NCBI GenBank assembly: GCA_025201805.1
Contig: MU619245.1
Span: 130,697-194,696 of the forward strand
Length of the DNA stretch: 64,000 bases
Direction: 5' to 3'
DNA from: Parasitella parasitica NRRL 2501
Lineage: Eukaryota > Fungi > Mucoromycota
Numbering within the stretch: the stretch's first letter is position 1; each line of letters starts with the position of its first letter. Under the pieces are notes generated by a model. It was given only the letters and a program-made list of their open reading frames with translations, made no database searches and was not told where the DNA came from. The translations under genes and the position numbers were made by a program. Positions 60,308 through 64,000 of the stretch are shown here, piece by piece.

Positions 60308-62002
60308 TTTTCTAATATATTCGTTTTAAAGTGGTAAAATAAAATAAGGTAAAAGAAATAGCAGAAGACTTATCTTGATCAATGATGGCCTTTTTATAAA
60401 CAATGGCATAAGCCAAGCATTACGATTTCAGTACTATGAGATTAGATTGGGCTACAAAAAGAAAGTCTATTTTGGAAATAACTAAAAACAATAGCCTTTA
60501 CATAAACTCGTGAGTCAGTGGTTCCATTATTAAATTCAGGTATGACTATATGTCAACCAAAATAGTAATTTGCTTACAATTATTGATGACCCAAAGCCAG
60601 TTCGAGTAAAGATATACAATGCTGGCATTCATTGTTTAGCAATCTTAATTTTTACAGATGCTACTCAGCAGTGAATTTCCTATTAAGTGGTTACAAAATC
60701 TAGATCAACTATTTTCTACACATGTATTGAGAAATGATACTTTTATACATATAGCTTTTTCGGGATTATTCGTGAGATGCTGGGTCTAGCGTTGATTTTC
60801 TCTAAAATAGACATCAAACGTTGTTTAAAAAAAAGCTCTGAAGAGCGTTAAATGCCCTTATATACCCTCGAATGCCATAGAGATACCACGGAAACTGACC
60901 AAATTTGGCTTTTATATTAATAAATGTTATTTATAAAAGCTCAAGACCATCTTTAACAGACTTATTAAACATTGTTTCATGCCTTTAAGAAATTTTAAGT
61001 AATTTTCTTTAGATACAGATTTCTATCGCAGTATTATAAACTACACTATTATACACCCAAGAGACATCTCAAGTTTTTTATTTTCAATTCATCTAAAAAA
61101 AGCCAGCTGATATTGTGTATGTTGAATGTAATTTACATGAGAGAAGAAAATTCATCCAAATGAGGATAAATTCCTCCTTCAATTCCTCTTGCTGATCATT
61201 ACAATGGACCGGAATGGGATCAGATCATAAGAAAGCATTTGGTATACCATAACGGTTGTCATGAGACAGCAAATAGCTGTATTAAGACATAACATAAGAT
61301 TGGGAGCTATTTATTACCGAGAAACGTTTCATCTCATATGATTTTTTGCCAACATTGAATTAGTTGATGCATATCTAATTTAGAAATCTGTGAAATGAAG
61401 ATCAAGTTCATAAACCAAGTTAATTACCGCTTAATTTTGCAAGCGGATACTTGGCTATTAGTCACTAAATAGTCTGAAAATGTGATCTAGGCAATCTGAT
61501 TTTCTGGTATAATGAGTAAACCACTACAACGGGCATGACATAAAAGTGAATACTGGATCTATTAATGAAAGAATAATTCAAATCTGTGAAATGATAATCA
61601 AATTATTTTCAAGTGGTATTGCACCAAATGCATATTGAAATGCAAGCCATGAACTTCTGATGATTCTTTTCTCGGCTAAATATAAAGCATCAATTTTTTT
61701 TATAATCAATGTGTTCTTAATATAAAAAAAGATGAAGTTCTCCTATGAAAAATGTGCATTAAATATTTTCATACGTTACTTTGTACAAACGTGAAATAAG
61801 GGGAGAAAGGAGTAGCTAGTCTTTGCATCAACGAAATTTTTGGTTGTGGTTACCGTCACAAAAATTTCTGGAACACGCATGATATTGTCATTGTTGTGCA
61901 AAAAAACACACTTAAAAAGAAAAACTTGTTCTTCCATTTACTTTCTTTTTTTTTTTTNNNNNNNNNNTTTTTTTTAATTAAATAAAAGTAGATACTTAAG
62001 AA

Positions 62003-63264
62003 ATGTATACAACAGACAGTAATTTGAATGGTTGGCTTGGTGTGCTTCTATCATCTTCAGCGTGTGTAGTGGGAGGTAGGCTTTTTTCTGCTCACATTTG
62101 CACATCATTAGGAACTGACATTTTATATAAGCTTCCATCGTATTCTTGGATAGGTTTTGTCGTATATCGTTATTAGATAATAGAGCTTTTATGGCATCTT
62201 CTATGGCTCTTGCTTCGGGTGTTCTATTATTCTCGTCACTATCAATACTATTCCCACAAGGTCAAAAACGATTAAACAACGACGCATTATTATACTCATG
62301 TTACTTTGGTGGTGCGACTTTTACACTTTTATTGACTAAATTAATCCATTACATGATGCCAGATGCCATCCACGCTTGCGGCGATGCATCTGAGAGTTGT
62401 CATCATACAGAAGAGAATCAAAACCACCAGCACAATCATACTCGCCACCATGACTCACATCAAGAGAGACAAAAATTAAACAATCATCCATGCGACGTCG
62501 AATACGGTGCAATTCGTTCGAGTGAATCCCATTTCAGATTTCACCATCATGATCTTCTCCATAGCAACGAAACGCCACATGAAAACGGCCAGGGCGATGA
62601 TACTGCCAGCGAATGCTCTAGCACGCATCATCATAATCATCACGAATCAGTAGAACAAACTGTCAACAATAATCCTGGACATTGCTATAGTATTGGAATT
62701 CAGACCGCCATTGCCATTTGCGTGCATAAATTTCCTGGTGAGTAATACTACTTTGGTGGTTATTGTGGGCGAATTCAAATTAACCAATTAACTAGAGGGT
62801 CTTATAATGTTTATTTCTACCAAAGCATCTGCTGCACTTGGTTTAAGTGTTGGCATTGCTATGTCAATTCATAATTTGACCGAGGGCTTTATGATAGCTT
62901 TACCTTTGTATTACGCTACACGATCGCGTGCGACAGCATTTACATCTGCTGCTATAATGGGTGGTTTCTCTCAGCCATTAGGTGCATTGATTGGCCTGTT
63001 TTTAATTAAAAACATTTCCAAGCAAAGCGAAGATCTGTTGTTTGGTATTGTATTTGGTTGTGTAAGTGGAATGATGTCCCTTATTACCATCCAGGTATGT
63101 TGCTACTGTTTGCATAAGGGAGTTCATATACTAACACCGATTATTTAAAACAGAGCATGCTGCCTCAAGCAATTAGAGCCGATTCTCACCAGCATTACGT
63201 CCTCATTTTTTTCTTTTTGGGTATATTTTTGGTTGGACTTTCTTCAGTCCTTGAAGCTATTTGA
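62003..63264 (+). CDS. ZIP-family zinc transporter (Zrt3-like)
   Basis: 'ALASGVLLFSSL', a His-rich loop, 'AICVHKFPEG', 'SIHNLTEG' and 'SQPLGALIG'. Confidence 0.92.
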
Positions 63265-64000
63265 AGCCTTTTACATTGGTCTTTTGTAAATATATTAGTA
63301 ATACTATATCCTAATAATCTGCACTTCTTATCGTCACTTCAACAAATGAAATAGAATAAAAATTTGGATATTTCTGCAAATTGTCTGCCGCCTCTCTTGT
63401 ATTGACAATGCTTATCTATATATTATTAGAAGCCATAATACTGAAAACTAGACTATTGGATATAAGAGCATTAAGGTCAAGTAATATTACAATTCGTCAA
63501 GATCACAGGGACGAGCGCTAACATACAGGTACCTTTGTTACCACTGTAATCAGCCTTCAATCAGAGTGACCTTACACATACTTTGTTTGGCACAGGTGGT
63601 ACAGTGCTTTGCGTTTAAATTTACGTGTATTTTTTTTTAAACAAGTAACACAAGCTAGATGGTCGCTGCGTATGTTTTCTTTCTGCTGTGATACTTATTT
63701 CTTGCGCAAGGCGAATCTTTGATCAAACGTTTGAAGAGGTTAATATGGTGTAAATAGGAACAGGGGAAGGTAAATGCTGCTGTCAAAGTCAGAGACTTAA
63801 AGAAAGGGGATGGTGGATCAGGCGATAAGGAACTAGAAATTCTAATCTTATGCCGCCGCCACAGTGAGTGAACTTTTCTCGTGTTCTGCATGATTGATGT
63901 ACCACAAACTGTGGCAAGGTGCACATCTCCGTATAGTGATTTATGAAAGGTAATTGGCTAGTGCTCTGGCAAATTGGATTGAAAAATAGGGCACAATATA

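Noticed and set aside
60400-61950. 1.5-kb gene-free AT-rich stretch upstream of the ZIP gene
   Set aside because: No ORF, termini, repeat or clear zinc-response motif recognised.
63655-64000. Minus-strand ORF at the window end
   Set aside because: No recognisable motif; may be a LINE relic or a truncated gene but cannot be supported.

Overview
Eukaryotic, gene-dense fungal DNA with many short (~50-90 nt) GT-AG introns, low GC and several N gaps; gene content and transposon types point to an early-diverging fungus, most likely Mucorales (inference). About 24 intact protein-coding genes are recognisable: an importin-alpha-like ARM protein, a C1-domain Pex24/Pex30-family peroxin, HEN1, a GPAT, VAP/SCS2, a divergent bystin, SNRNP27, cyclophilin E, an amino-acid permease, a methyltransferase, an alpha-arrestin, SIP3/LAM, a PEX8-like protein, ABCD4, an intronless DapA-family aldolase, PWP2, a small CBM14-like secreted protein, HsbA, TVP15, PAM17, a TPT-family transporter and a ZIP transporter, plus a few hypothetical genes and one initiator tRNA-Met. 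Two accessory islands interrupt this housekeeping backbone. Island 1 (~21.5-29 kb) holds an ORF1-only LINE fragment with poly(A) and a target-site duplication, a restriction-endonuclease-like pseudogene with a fully bounded, internally deleted Helitron in one intron, and a transcription-factor fragment. Island 2 (~46.9-53.6 kb) holds two small secreted proteins and a decayed DD34E IS630/Tc1 transposase between ~467-bp near-identical inverted repeats with 26-bp-period palindrome arrays. The left repeat runs into a highly degenerate gene that, by eye, has the motif order of a Fanzor (TnpB-derived) nuclease. All family calls come from motif recognition by eye, not database searches, and exon boundaries are approximate.
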